Shown in pieces: positions 1 through 12,035 of a stretch of 64,000 bases of DNA; position 1 is the stretch's first letter, and each line of letters opens with the position of its first letter. Below the pieces are notes generated by a model, which was not told the origin of the DNA, searched no databases, and saw only the letters and a program-made list of their open reading frames with translations. The position numbers and the translations under genes were made by a program. The stretch comes from Lingula anatina. Taxonomy: Eukaryota > Animalia > Brachiopoda. Location: the NCBI GenBank assembly GCA_051362555.1, contig CM120642.1:17608001-17672000 (forward strand). The letters run 5' to 3'.

Positions 1-2459
1 ACAGATCGGAATGCACGAGGTGCATTACAGTCATTCTCTGTTCATGATGTGGGATGATTAAAAAATCAGTGTTACCAAAACGAAAAAGATATATTCTTTT
101 ATGAAAAGCACTTACAAAAATTATCCACATTTTGCAGAAACCACGTCTTGTTCCCAATAAAACCAGGAAATTATAGTTCTACATAAGATTAACCGAAATG
201 ATTGAAAAGTCATAATCGTTTACAACATACAACGTCTTGTTTACAAAAAAAGAAGAAAAAAACCCAGTGAATGTAAACCATAAATTAAATTTTACTCGAT
301 GCGGGATCTTATTTTAGTCAATAACTTAAAGGTGATTGTGCAATTTAAAAGTTGGGAATTCAAAACATTTTAGCAAGAAATGTTAATTATCTTGATGGTT
401 GGGTCAATATTATACGATAATTATTAAAAAAAAAATTAAAAAAAACAAGCTTGAAGATTTTCATATGTATACCGTTGGCTCACGGCCAACCTTGAAGTAG
501 GTCTTTATCAGACGATATATCATAACTCACCACTTAGTGGTGTAGCGGCCAGGACGCATACAAAATATTTTTGTTAGAATTTTTATATTTTTTATGTTAT
601 TTTACTTTACTTTATTTTATTCTATTTATTGGCCAAGAACATGAAAGCTTACACCATGAACGATCCTTCATGGTGATCATAACTGATAGAAAGCTTTTTG
701 AATTAGCATCATGGTTGTGGCACTTAATTGCCTCACAGTCAGAATAAACTGTTTAGCCCCCAGTTTTTTTCTTTTTTTTTCTTTTTTTTTTTTTTTTTTT
801 TTTGTTTCTGTTGTCTTTATAGTGTATAGCGCGAGTGTCACGGCATTAAAGATTACGTAAGAGCGGTTTGAAACATAAAGTATACCGATGTTAAATGCGG
901 CGATATAACAGTATGCATCCTTGTTTTGTTAATTACTTCGATATTTCAAGTAAGCGATTTGTACTAACCCATTAATAGGTATATTGCGATATCTGATATG
1001 TCAGAAAAAGATTAACTAGTAACTGCACTTTCTCAGAATGGTTTTGTATTAACTGTATTTCTCTTTGACTTCTACAGAGATAAAGAAGGTAAAGAAATGT
1101 CCATTAACTTGAGAGGACACTACCAAATGTCACCAAATTTACACACAATTAACACTAGGATGTATTCGTTATAGGTTACGGCGTGTGTCTACCCGTGCAG
1201 CGGTTGCAAAAATTCCAGCTGTCAATTTAATGACACTTAATGGCTGAATGTTTTCCGGTAATGGCAACAAAACGTAGATATTATACGTTAATTATAACCT
1301 TAAAAGATCAGTTCATTTTAGGAAATACAACCAAAGGACTTCTTTTCAGCAAAAAACGCATACGTGTTGTCTCAGTCTCTATGGTCCCTTCCCGTTGAGC
1401 GATACACTTTTCTATACCAGTTTAACTGGTCTTAACACGTAATTGCGCTGTCAGAGGTTTAACCCCCCCCCCCCCCCCCCATATCACAAGTCCCATTGTA
1501 CCAAACAGAATTAACCCAGTAAACTTGCTGTGTCGAGCGCAAGGGCTCCGTGAAGGATTATTGTACCCTGAAACTCTTTGCCAAAAACAACTTATTTACT
1601 ACCTTACACACATTATTTTGGACAACAAAATTACTAAATTAATTAACGGTTTCTCAATATTTACCTTTACCTGAGCACCAACGAATACCGTTTTAACGCC
1701 AAATTATTGAGACTATTTATTATTCTAAAACCTTGTCACCGATTTTTCTTAAAGGGATAATAACTCTTCGTTTTGGTGAAGAAATGAATTTTCCTGGAGT
1801 AAACAACAATTTCCCCATACTTACCAATGGTTAATGAATCCATTTTTACATTCAAAGCTAGTCCTTGTTTTTTTTCTAAAAGGTTTTTCTTTTGTTATAA
1901 TCTCTTAAGAGATTATGACTGGGTATAGCCATCATTGGAGGTCACGTGGTCTAAAGACACGCTCAGATATCAGAATAATAGCTATAACCGCTGTTTTTGT
2001 GGAACAACAGAAAATATTATACTTCGCATTGTTCACAATGTTTTTATTGTGAAATATAGATCTCATACGAAGAGTTATCCCTTTAAAATTCTCAGTTTAG
2101 ATTTCACCATTAATAAAGTAAAACTGCCTTTGTTTAATGAAAATCTGCACTAATGGGGTCATAGCTTAATAACAAGCTCTTTGAAAGTAAAATGACGGCA
2201 AGGGATTGTGGCCCATACAAATGTAGCAAATTATGCCAATTTTGGTGATAAAATCTTGTTCAGGGATGAAGTTACGCCCCATACCGATAACTGCAGAAAA
2301 AAAAAAACATTTTCTGTATCGATGACAATAAAGGGTTACAATACTCTCAACGACTTTAGGCGATCTCGCTTACTTAAATGTCTGCATGGCTTCAAAGTTG
2401 GGACTCTTTCAAACTGGTACCATATAGAAAAGTGTACCGCTCGAGGTGAAAAGGGTATT

Positions 2460-2915
2460 TTAACCAATCAAACTGCCAGACTTGAAGTCACAGTCTTTAC
2501 CTGTGTAGCCAGGGTCACAGTCACATACATAACCGTTTACCATGTCCATACAAGTGCCATACAAGCAGGGCCAACTGTCGCATTCGCTCACTTTAGTATC
2601 ACACCGATGAACCCAGCTTGGCAGCGACACACGTGACCGTCAGTGGGACTGTAGTCACATCTCCCTCCGTTCTGACACAGGCATCGCTCACAGCGGGCAC
2701 CGTTCTACAACTTTGGGCACGTGCACTGAAAGGACCCATCGAGTCGTATGATACAGCGTCCGCCGTGAAGACAGGGAGAGCTGGTGCAAGGGTCGACACG
2801 GGTTTGGCAGTGGATTCCTGTGTGGGTGGCCGGGCAGGTGCAGACGTAACCCCCAAGCTTCGGAGCGCACGTGGAACCATTCTGACATGGGTTGGACTGA
2901 CAGAAATCGTCACAA
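2460..2915 (-). pseudogene. Degenerate copy of the EGF-repeat terminal exon (ends ...KSGSLIG*)
   Basis: Near-collinear with 33400-33854 (CQSNPCQNGSTCAPKLGGYVCTC...). It has an in-frame TAG (2705) where paralogs have TGG, and a frameshifting deletion in the last EGF. Confidence 0.85.
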
Positions 2916-3482
2916 TTACATGTATAGGGGAATGTTACCGCTCTGCTAAAACACGGAGCTAACCCGAATAGTTTAGATGCTGACAATAACGCATCGCTGC
3001 TGTTTGCCGTTAGAGGACACCATGTCGATTTTATTTTATTAAATCTGGCCAAAGTCATGTGAAGATTATGACAGTACGACATAAGCACTGACATTTGATG
3101 TTTATATCAAGGTCAAATGGGCCAAAAATTTGTAATTTTTTTTCTGTAGAAAATTTATTTTTTTATATTTATTAATTTATTAATTAATTAATTTATTTAT
3201 TTATTTATTTGAACATCTGGTTTGCATCAAAACATCCAAACCAAAGTTGCGACACTGCAAAGAGAAATATAAACGTTGACATTTTATATTTTCGGGGAAT
3301 TTTTATTGCTTTAAATCACAACAAAGATAGCTGCATTACTGATTTATCAAATGCAGGAAAACATAATTTTCGGCAGCGATGGCAATAAGGATTGCAATAC
3401 ACTTAATGCAATCCCTCTTATGTTACTGCCTGCATGGCTACGAAGTTGAAAAATCCTCAAACTGATGCCATACTAAAAAGTG

Positions 3483-4536
3483 TTAACCAATCAAACTGCC
3501 AGACTTGACGTCACAGTCTTTGCCTGTGTAGCCAGGGTCACAGTCACATTTATAATCGTTAACCAAGTCCATACATATGCCATTCCAGCATGGGTAGCTG
3601 TCGCATTCGTTCTCATCAGTCTCACACTTCGTCCCGATGAACCCCGCCTTGCAGCGACACACGTGACCTTCACTGGGACTGTAGTCACATCTACCACCGT
3701 TCTGACACAGGCATCGCTCACAGAGGGCCCCAGACCACACCTTTTGGCACGTGCACTGGAAGGTCCCATCGAGTCGTGTGATACAGCTACCGCCGTGAAG
3801 ACAGGGGGAACTAGCGCAAAGGTCGGTCCCCTTGTGGGTGGCTGGGCTTTCTGTGAAAGAGACAAAAACATTCAGTCGACCCCAGTCAAAGCACCCTTGC
3901 AAATCAGCCTTTTATTGAAAGAAGTGCATGTATTCTAACTGATAAAACCGTTAAAGTGCACGAAGAACGGCATGTAGTAATTATAAATTGCTGTTAATGT
4001 CCCGAATACATAGGTTTTTTTTTTCGCTAACATTTTCCAAGCTGTCTCTTTAAGTCCTCAGCTGATTTTGATATTATTTCCCTGATAACTATGGCAAAAA
4101 TTCTTTCTGAAGTCTTTCGTAAAGTATCTTTAAAAGGATATGTCACATGTACACACACGTGAGATGAACACTATTGTGCTATACATGAAGAATAACATAC
4201 TGAGGTATTCGGACCATTATTTGCTATTATCTAATGGTGTTATTAGGCCTACATTTTTTTTAACAGCACCGGTTTTATCATATATTTCTACGTTTTATTC
4301 TGTAAGACAGTTTACCAAGAAATTGTTTCCTATCAAATTGATAACTTGTAAAATTTTGACTCTGGACAGTGGACCACCAGCTTGCCGAAGTGCTTATTTG
4401 TAAAAAAAAATAAATGCATTAGGTATGTTTACACAGAAATATCAACGATACCTTCCGAATATCCGCCCTTATTCTCTTCACCGAGGGCAATCGGACAGAA
4501 AACTGCCAAAAACCAAAGCTGTAAAAGTATCTTCAT
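3483..4536 (-). CDS. Small secreted 3x EGF-like protein, 150 aa, 2 exons (4536-4452, 3850-3483)
   Basis: Exon 1 is MKILLQLWFLAVFCPIALGEENKGGYSE (signal peptide) followed by GT. A phase-1 acceptor tctttcacag at 3851 joins in frame to ESPATHKGTDLCASSPC...KSGSLIG*. Total 453 nt with no stops. Confidence 0.85.
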
Positions 4537-4539
4537 TCC

Positions 4540-4930
4540 TGATGTCTTCTGTTACACTGGTGCATCAGGCAAGTGAGCTATCTTTTTAAGCGACTTCCAA
4601 ATTTAAGGTGCATTTCCACGTGGCGAAAAATGAATGTACCTCGCTTGGACCTTAGATTTGATATCCAACCCCAAACATTCAAGCACTTTTTTCTAATTAA
4701 CGTCAAGGTTTAAGTATGCAAAACAAAGTGACATCCACTTGATTCGTGATCCTGTTGTTTTTTCCTCAGGCGACCCAGGATCGCACTCAGAACAACCTAC
4801 TTCGCATGTTTGTGTGGGGAACTCGGTGAAGGTCTCGAGCGTGTGCACGATAAAGGCGTAGATGTCACCATGGCATCAGCCATCTGTTCAAAAAGGCAAG
4901 TTATCCTTGCTAAAGATCACGTATGTCTTG
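4540..4930 (-). promoter_or_regulatory. Conserved upstream block of the signal-peptide/EGF genes (paralogous to ~14600-15086 and ~17490-17892)
   Basis: Shared motifs acagatgg..gatgcca.ggt.aca.ctacgcc.ttatcgtgcacacgct and gctca.ttgcctgatgcacca precede each ATG. Regulatory function is inferred from position only. Confidence 0.5.
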
Positions 4931-5640
4931 ATAATTGTTAATGGGTAAATATTGCAGGAAGGACGTCACGCGCTGATAGCCCTGATAATAGGCCTACTGC
5001 TGACATCGGCGCTTACCGTATAGTTTTTTTCCCCAGACAACAAGTAATGAATTAAGGAACACCTGGAACTGACTGCTGACGCCTGTGTTCAGTTAAAATG
5101 CTGCAAAACCTGGGTATTTCGTAAACTTCGCAGTTGACTTTATCGAAAAACGAATCTTCGGTACGTTTGTATTATCTTACTTTAAATATTTAAAAGCCAA
5201 TATCACCGCTTTACTTATGTTGTTTTTCTTGCTTGTGTTCCGTGTATTCCCATCCATTAGTATGTCGTTCAATTCACAGAGAATCAACGACTTAACTAAA
5301 TGAACATTCGTTTGTGAGAAGTTTTCGGGTCATTGATGGGAGTGTAAATGATGCTATGCACTTGGTGGCATCCTCTGAGAAGACAATTCTGATAAGTCCA
5401 CACTGATTTAATTTTATCCTCTAGAGACCCAGAAACTAATGCAAGAGCGCAAAAACTGTAAAAAAGATGTCTCTGCATCGTAAAATCCCTACTCACAAAC
5501 AAACAAATCGTTTCTCTGGTCTTAGAATGGCGTTATAAACCAATATCACTGCTTTACACGTGTGTCAATTCCACAACCGGATTATATATTTTTTGGAAAA
5601 GTGAAACGATTCTATGTATTCTTATCCATCTTGGTCTAGA

Positions 5641-5885
5641 TTCATTATCACTGGATGGCGCTATCATAAGGATAGCACTGTCCACTGTATAAATTTGCTA
5701 GCCTATGGACAGTTGTCTCGAAGAAAGCAGTCATTTTTAACCACTGGATAGCAACATCAGAAACAAAAATATTTGTCTAGTATTAAGGAAACATTACTTT
5801 ACCCACAGGATAATTGTCCAGAGGTTAACAATATTATCCAATGGATAGTGTTGTCCATAGGATAGCGCTATCCAGTGTTGATGAA
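5641..5885. mobile_element. MITE-like element with ~45 bp imperfect terminal inverted repeats
   Basis: ttcattatcactggatggcgctatc... at the left end is the reverse complement of ...ggatagcgctatccagtgttgatgaa at the right end. Confidence 0.6.
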
Positions 5886-7135
5886 ACTGCACCCTGGTGG
5901 ACTTTACAGAGGGAAAAACGTTAGACTAAACAGCCACATGACTGGAGAGGTTGTCTTGCCATTGGTGAGATGGTAAATGTTGCTTTGTACTTGGTGCAAC
6001 CCTCCGAGTAAACAGTTCTGATAAGGCCACAGAGAAGCACTTCATGAATGACATCCTCTGGAGACCAAGAAACTAACGCGAGAGAGCGATAAAACAACAA
6101 AAAGATGCTCCAAAATTAAAGAAAAGACAGCGCTGGAAACACTTCAACACTCATCAGTGCATCAAACAAAATTCTTTCGTCGAGTCGAGAATATTAAAGA
6201 ATTGGCTGTCATGTCATATGCTTCACCTTTGTATCATACAAACAACTGTGAATACTATTAATCTTCTATAGGGCCACCAAATACCTTAGCCCTTCACCGT
6301 CTTCTCGTGAAGATTTTATGTTTGTGTATTTCAACTTTGAAATCACGTTTGACGGCAATCAGCTTATGCCGATAACTTGGTGATTTCTTTGGGTAGTACA
6401 AGTATGGCTATTGCAGAGGATGGTTCAGTCAAAAAAGGTCCCAATACTTCGACAACGCCTTCACAGAAGATTTTTTTTTTTAAATTTTGCATATACGAAG
6501 CGAATGTTACGGTGAGCGTACTAAGCGAAGCACTGTGTTACAGCACTGTAGCTCCAGCTGCCCCAGAATGGCGCAGGAAAAGACATCCCCAGACAGAGTA
6601 TTACAGCGGTATTCCCAGATCAGTGTGCCTGTACAGAGGTCACGACCTACGCATCCAGCTAGGACTTACCACCGGGAAACAGGATACGTTGTTCTTAGTA
6701 TTTTGTTGGTACAATGTAACAAAGACAAATAGTTCCCTTCAGAATGAGGGGAAAACTATCACCAAGCGTTTTTCAAAGACCATTGTTAACAGGTTATTTA
6801 CGCAGGTTATTATAACAGGCGCCCCTTGAGGAACCCTCCAGCACAGCCCAACATTGTCACAGAGAGATGTATAAATCGTTGTTTAATATACATACTAAGA
6901 GCAAAGGTATGGGTGTAATACAAAATACACCATATGCTGAAATACTGATACCAGCATTATAAGTTATGCACTAGTATACTTTGTTTACGTACACCAAATA
7001 ATAATTGCCTCCCCATTATTTCAGAGTCACACTTGACATCTCCATAAAAGATGGATTTGGTGTTTAAGTAGCCTTAAACGGTGCTTCAAAAACGTCGATA
7101 GATACTGCTGTTTGTTACTGATTTATACAACCACA

Positions 7136-7137
7136 AT

Positions 7138-7188
<51 letters not shown>

Positions 7189-7191
7189 TTA
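7136..7191. repeat. (ATTT)n microsatellite
   Basis: Seen directly in the sequence. Confidence 0.95.
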
Positions 7192-7727
7192 TTTTGGTTC
7201 TCATTTACTTTCAAGGATACCCGCAGTTCTTTACATGGTAATTAATGCTGTTGATATAAACATTAATGCTGTCACTCGGATACATGTGGCAACTGTGACT
7301 TTCTTATCGTATTGAACAACAATGTAGCTGGGGTAGCTGTCATTGACTGCCCCTGATCATTGGCAATACATGGTGTGTATTTTATCGTTCATATGCCCGC
7401 AGTAATCGTGATTGCCTATTGTATACTTTTAATCCAAATCACGTTTTTCAGCACTATCGGCAGTGATTCGACAGGCTATAATATTCAGCTGTCTAGTGCT
7501 GGAAGAGTTTAACTGTTAAACTGATAATAAGATATGAAGACTGTCACAGCGGCACCTGTCGTGTAAAATACCTTAAAACAGAATGATAGACTTATAGATT
7601 ATCAAGTGTCATGAGCTATTTTATCGACCTTGTTTGATTACTGATGCATATAAATGTCGCTCCACCAGTACTGCTGTCATTCTTGACTACAACTCATTAT
7701 TACATTTTTTTGTCCCAGTATATAAGA

Positions 7728-9975
7728 ATGTCCACTTTTGCGATTTTTGTAGCACTCCTTTGTGTGATGTCAACTGACGCAACGGTGAAGGAACTAGCAG
7801 AACTGAACACAGACTTTGGGTTCAGTATTTACAAGCAGTTGACCGCCGATCCAGAGGTTAAAGACATATTTTTCTCGCCTATTAGCATCTCCACCGCTTT
7901 GGCCATGCTACAGCTGGGCACTAACGGCACCACTGAAGATCAGATAAACCGCGCGATGAAATTCGACACACTCAGCCAAAACGAGAACGTTGCTGTTCTT
8001 TTCCACGACCTTAACGCTAAATTGTATAATGCAAGCAACAACTACACGTTGAAATCCGCCAACAGGTTCTTTGGGGGCAAACGTTTTCCATTTCGACAAA
8101 CATTCCTTAGCGACATGCGAGACTATTTTAATGCAGAACCCGAGTCTGTGGATTTCACGGCAAATCCCGAAGGGTCTCGTGTCCATATCAATAAATGGGT
8201 AGAAAGACAAACAGCAGATAAAATTAAAAATCTACTGGCAAAAGGGACAATTACCAAAAGCACCGTCTTCGTTTTGGCCAATGCCATCTACTTCAAAGGA
8301 TTGTGGAACACGTCATTCAATTCTAGCTTGACCGAAGAATTGCCTTTTAAAACTAATGACCAGGAGGTAGGTTAGGTCTACTGCGGATTAATTATTTATA
8401 ACAATCTGCTACAAACTTTGCATTTTTTTCTTAATGATGATTTCATTTAATAGTTTACCTTCTTTTTTGTTATTAATTATCTGAAACTATTTAAATATAT
8501 ATATATTTCATGAAACGGTTTTATATGTATATCTAAAGTGCATATCTATAATTAAATTGGCAACATATATGTATCGAAAGTTATTATATTTAAAGTTTAT
8601 ATATATCACAATGGATTTTTAAGATAACACACGTATTCTGGTTTCAGACAAATATCCCAATGATGAAAATGTTGGGGGAGAAATACCGCCACGGTATTAG
8701 TGCAACATGGATCTGTCAAATACTAGAACTACCGTATACCGGGAATGTCAGCATGTTCGTCTTTCTCCCCAATGAACCCGACGGTCTTCCTCAGCTTGAG
8801 AGTGCAATCAACAGCCTCGAGCTTAACTCCCTGGTGAAAAATCTGACTAAAAGGCCCGTGGACGTCTATCTCCCCCGATTTGAACTTAAGGACGTTACTA
8901 TTAAGCTTGCGGACCATCTGAAGAAACTTGGTATGACGGATATGTTTGTGGACGGGGAAGCAGACCTGAGTGGTATAGGCGGTGCCCCAGGACAATTGTT
9001 CATATCTACAGCTGTTCATCAAGCATATGTTAAAGTGGACGAAGAAGGTTAGTCAGGTGACTCTTAATTTTTAACGAGTACGTGTACAAAGTGCTTAACC
9101 ATAAAGAATAAATATTCATTTCAAAATTAGTAAACTCATTATAATGTAACCATTATATATAGAGAAAACTGCGTTATTTTGATACATAATTTATTGATAT
9201 TTTATTGGTGTCAGACTACTGAAAAGACAGAGCAGAAGTGTTAAATAAAATTTCAATCTCGGCAATATTTTTCAATTCATTAATTTTGACAAATTCTGTA
9301 CATCATTTCATTTGCATCCAATGGATGTACTTTAATTTTCGAAATAATGGGAAAAAATGCAGCATTTGTTTATGACTTAATTTTATTCAAAATGTGAAAT
9401 AGCTTGTATTCACTTATGCGATCCCAAAGGTGTTAAAATCAAAAGGTTAGAACGAATACCTTATCGTCAGACACCCCTAGGCAGAGATCATAGGCCATCA
9501 TCGGTGAAAGGAGGTGTTGTGAAATGTCGATAGTGTTATCACTATTAAATTGGTTGGTGTCAGCAATGTTATCAAAACTGACCATAGGCCATCAATAGTG
9601 AAAAGAGATGTATTGAAATGTTGATAGTGTTATCACTACCGGTATGATGTCAGCAATGTTATCAAAACTGATGATTGAGTGCTGTTTGATGCATGATCCT
9701 CTAACTATAGTTATTCATCTTTTCGTTTTATCTTCTTTTATTTATCGTCTGTTTAAATTCGGTAAATCACTGTAAATAACGGTGCTTGTTTTATAGGAAC
9801 AGAGGCAGGAGCCGCGACAGCCAGTGGAGGAGCCGCCGCCATGAGACCCCAAGAGTTCAAGGCGGATCATCCTTTTATGTTCATGATACGGGATAATATC
9901 ACTGAAACCATTCTCTTCTTGGGCAGACTGCACGAGGCACCAAGGAAGAGCGATACCACTCTGCGATTCAATTAG
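7728..9975 (+). CDS. Secreted serpin (serine protease inhibitor), 405 aa, coding exons 7728-8366, 8648-9047, 9797-9975
   Basis: Signal peptide MSTFAIFVALLCVMSTDA. Serpin motifs FFSPISISTAL, INKWVERQT, LANAIYFKGLW, hinge VDEEGTEAGAAT and C-terminal signature FKADHPFMFMIRD...LFLGRL. GT-AG phases are consistent (1218 nt). Confidence 0.95.
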
Positions 9976-10689
9976 CACTTTTTTCTCTGTCTGTTTTTTT
10001 TTTTTTTTTTTTTTTTTCTGGCAGTGAATTTGGCAGTGTGATTAAGTAATCATAATCCTTAATGTAATTACTCTGAACTGTTTACAAGCATATGGTGTAT
10101 CATTTTTTTCTCCTGTTATACATGTATGGATATTGCTACAAATTTGGAAAACCATAGATTATTATTTCTGTGCAAGAACATGCACAGATTATTTTGGTAT
10201 CCACATGTGGGACTTTCGGTCAGGTACCTCGCTGTTTGATTTTCATTTTACTTTACATTATGTAAGTTACCTTTGGGTTATATTTGCTATACTGTAATTG
10301 CAATGAAGGACACGTAACAAAATTCCTGAAAGTTGTAATAGTCGGCAAGGAAATTAACTTTTCTAAAGTATATAGAGATTTGACACTGTCATATATATAT
10401 TACTTAATTTGTTGGCAGTCCTTCGTTGCTGGGCTTCCCATGACGGCATTCGAAGATAAAATTGAAACATAAATAATGAAGTTGGTATTGCGTGTTATTG
10501 CTTTCTCGATGAAGATGTCAACATTCGTGGCATCTTTCAATCACTTTAAAAGAAGTCACCCGCGCATATGAGTTTCAGTTGCTATTCTGAGTTCCATCAA
10601 ATTATTAGCACGTGTTTTCATATATAAACCCTTTAACATGATTTAAAATAATGCTAGATTTAAAGCAGTGCCCTGCCGCCCTGTTGTGT

Positions 10690-11160
10690 AAATTTACAAA
10701 GTCGAGTTATGTTGAATGGGCATGGCATTCACCGGTCTTGAATACCTCTCCATTTTTTTCCTGTGGGGGGTTCTCAGAGATAACGTGTACCAGAACAACC
10801 CTCAAATGCTTGGTGAACTGTGGGGAGCAATCACAGCAAAAATCAGTGAAATCCCGAAGGAGGAATGTGTTTGAAAAATTTGCAATTTTTTCGCGCCGTA
10901 AACAGGTGTGCATTCAATGCATTTAAAGCTATTTGGAGCATTTTTTAAACAAATTGACTTTTTATGAAACGCGACCAAGAAAACTGAAACTTTGGGGAAT
11001 GATCATATTAGTTTTAGTCCAGCAAATTTCTTGAACTTTGATGGGCCTTTATAAGATTTAATAAAAATTTTAAAGGGTTCTTTTTTTTTTTTTTTTTTTT
11101 AATTTTTTTATTTATTTTTTTTTTTTTTTTTTGGGGGGGGGGCAGGGGGCCACCCTGTAT
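10690..11160 (+). mobile_element. Degraded Tc1/mariner-superfamily (Tc3-like) transposon 3' end
   Basis: Frameshifted EWAWHSPVLN..FFLWG.LRDNVY resembles the WPxxSPDLNPxDFFLWGYLK motif. It also has a C-terminal ...CIQ...LEHFL and a terminal caccctgTA. Confidence 0.65.
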
Positions 11161-11318
11161 ATAGATAACTTTAGGTAATAGTATAGCTGCACTGGTGAAT
11201 GCAAAATTGACAAAAAATGACATATTTAACACAAACAGGTTGCTGTTTCATCAGCAGTGTATGAACATTTCTCACATTATAAAAGGAATACAAAATGATG
11301 GACGGTGGGTACATGTAT

Positions 11319-12035
11319 TTATGTACTTTGCTGTAGATATAGTCTAAACTTGTGCATTTTCAATCTGAAAAGCGGAAACAAATTGTCCAATGTATATTGA
11401 CCAATTTCCTCAAAACCGTACTTCAAATAAAAACAAATAGCATTGTTTTGAACCTCGGATGTCACAAGGGTGAGTTCTTTGTAACCACGTGTCTTGCAAA
11501 ATTCAATAGCGTTTCCAAGCAAAGCTGAGGCCGCTCCAAACCGTCTATACTCTTCCTCTACCACCATCCACCTCAACTCGGCCACAGTTCCCGGTGACTC
11601 GTCTAAACCGTTTGTTGGGGATGCTTCTTGGATACCAGCACAGCCTATAATTTTGTCATCACATTCAGCAACCCAGAACTGTCGCTCTACACGCATATTG
11701 AAGTATGTGTACAATTTACGCTTGCTTGCAGGACTCCCAGCGAATATTCGATTTATGCCGTAATACCCGTTCAATAAACTACCCCCGAGCACAGCCACAC
11801 ATGAGACTGCCCCTGACAGGACAATCAAACCGGTAGTTTGATAAAACAAGGCAAACGTGACAAACGTCACAGCAATCGCAATAGGCTGTTTCATCCCTTT
11901 GATGATGCTTTGCACCAGCAAAGCGTTAGAAATGTTGCGGACAATCATTTCCCAGACCAGTTCGCACTCTATATGGTCTGCTTTCAAGGGACGGATAGAG
12001 ACGCTCTTCCTGTTGGTTTTTGCTGTTGTCTGCAT
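11319..12035 (-). CDS. NAT8/camello-like GNAT N-acetyltransferase with N-terminal membrane segments, 238 aa
   Basis: Intronless CDS with a hydrophobic hairpin, FWVAECDDKIIGCAGI, motif A ELRWMVVEEEYRRFGAASALL and motif B AICFYLKYGF. Confidence 0.9.
   Translation of the reverse strand: MQTTAKTNRKSVSIRPLKADHIECELVWEMIVRNISNALLVQSIIKGMKQPIAIAVTFVTFALFYQTTGLIVLSGAVSCVAVLGGSLLNGYYGINRIFAGSPASKRKLYTYFNMRVERQFWVAECDDKIIGCAGIQEASPTNGLDESPGTVAELRWMVVEEEYRRFGAASALLGNAIEFCKTRGYKELTLVTSEVQNNAICFYLKYGFEEIGQYTLDNLFPLFRLKMHKFRLYLQQST

Noticed and set aside
1066-1095. Possible 11-nt microexon (ttctacag|agataaagaag|gt) conserved with ~34785-34815
   Set aside because: Conservation is explained by the segmental duplication, and no host gene was identified.
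6377-6829. 150-aa ORF containing RRKR, overlapping an 81-aa ORF
   Set aside because: No recognisable domain, no convincing start or exon chain, and no paralog in the other units.
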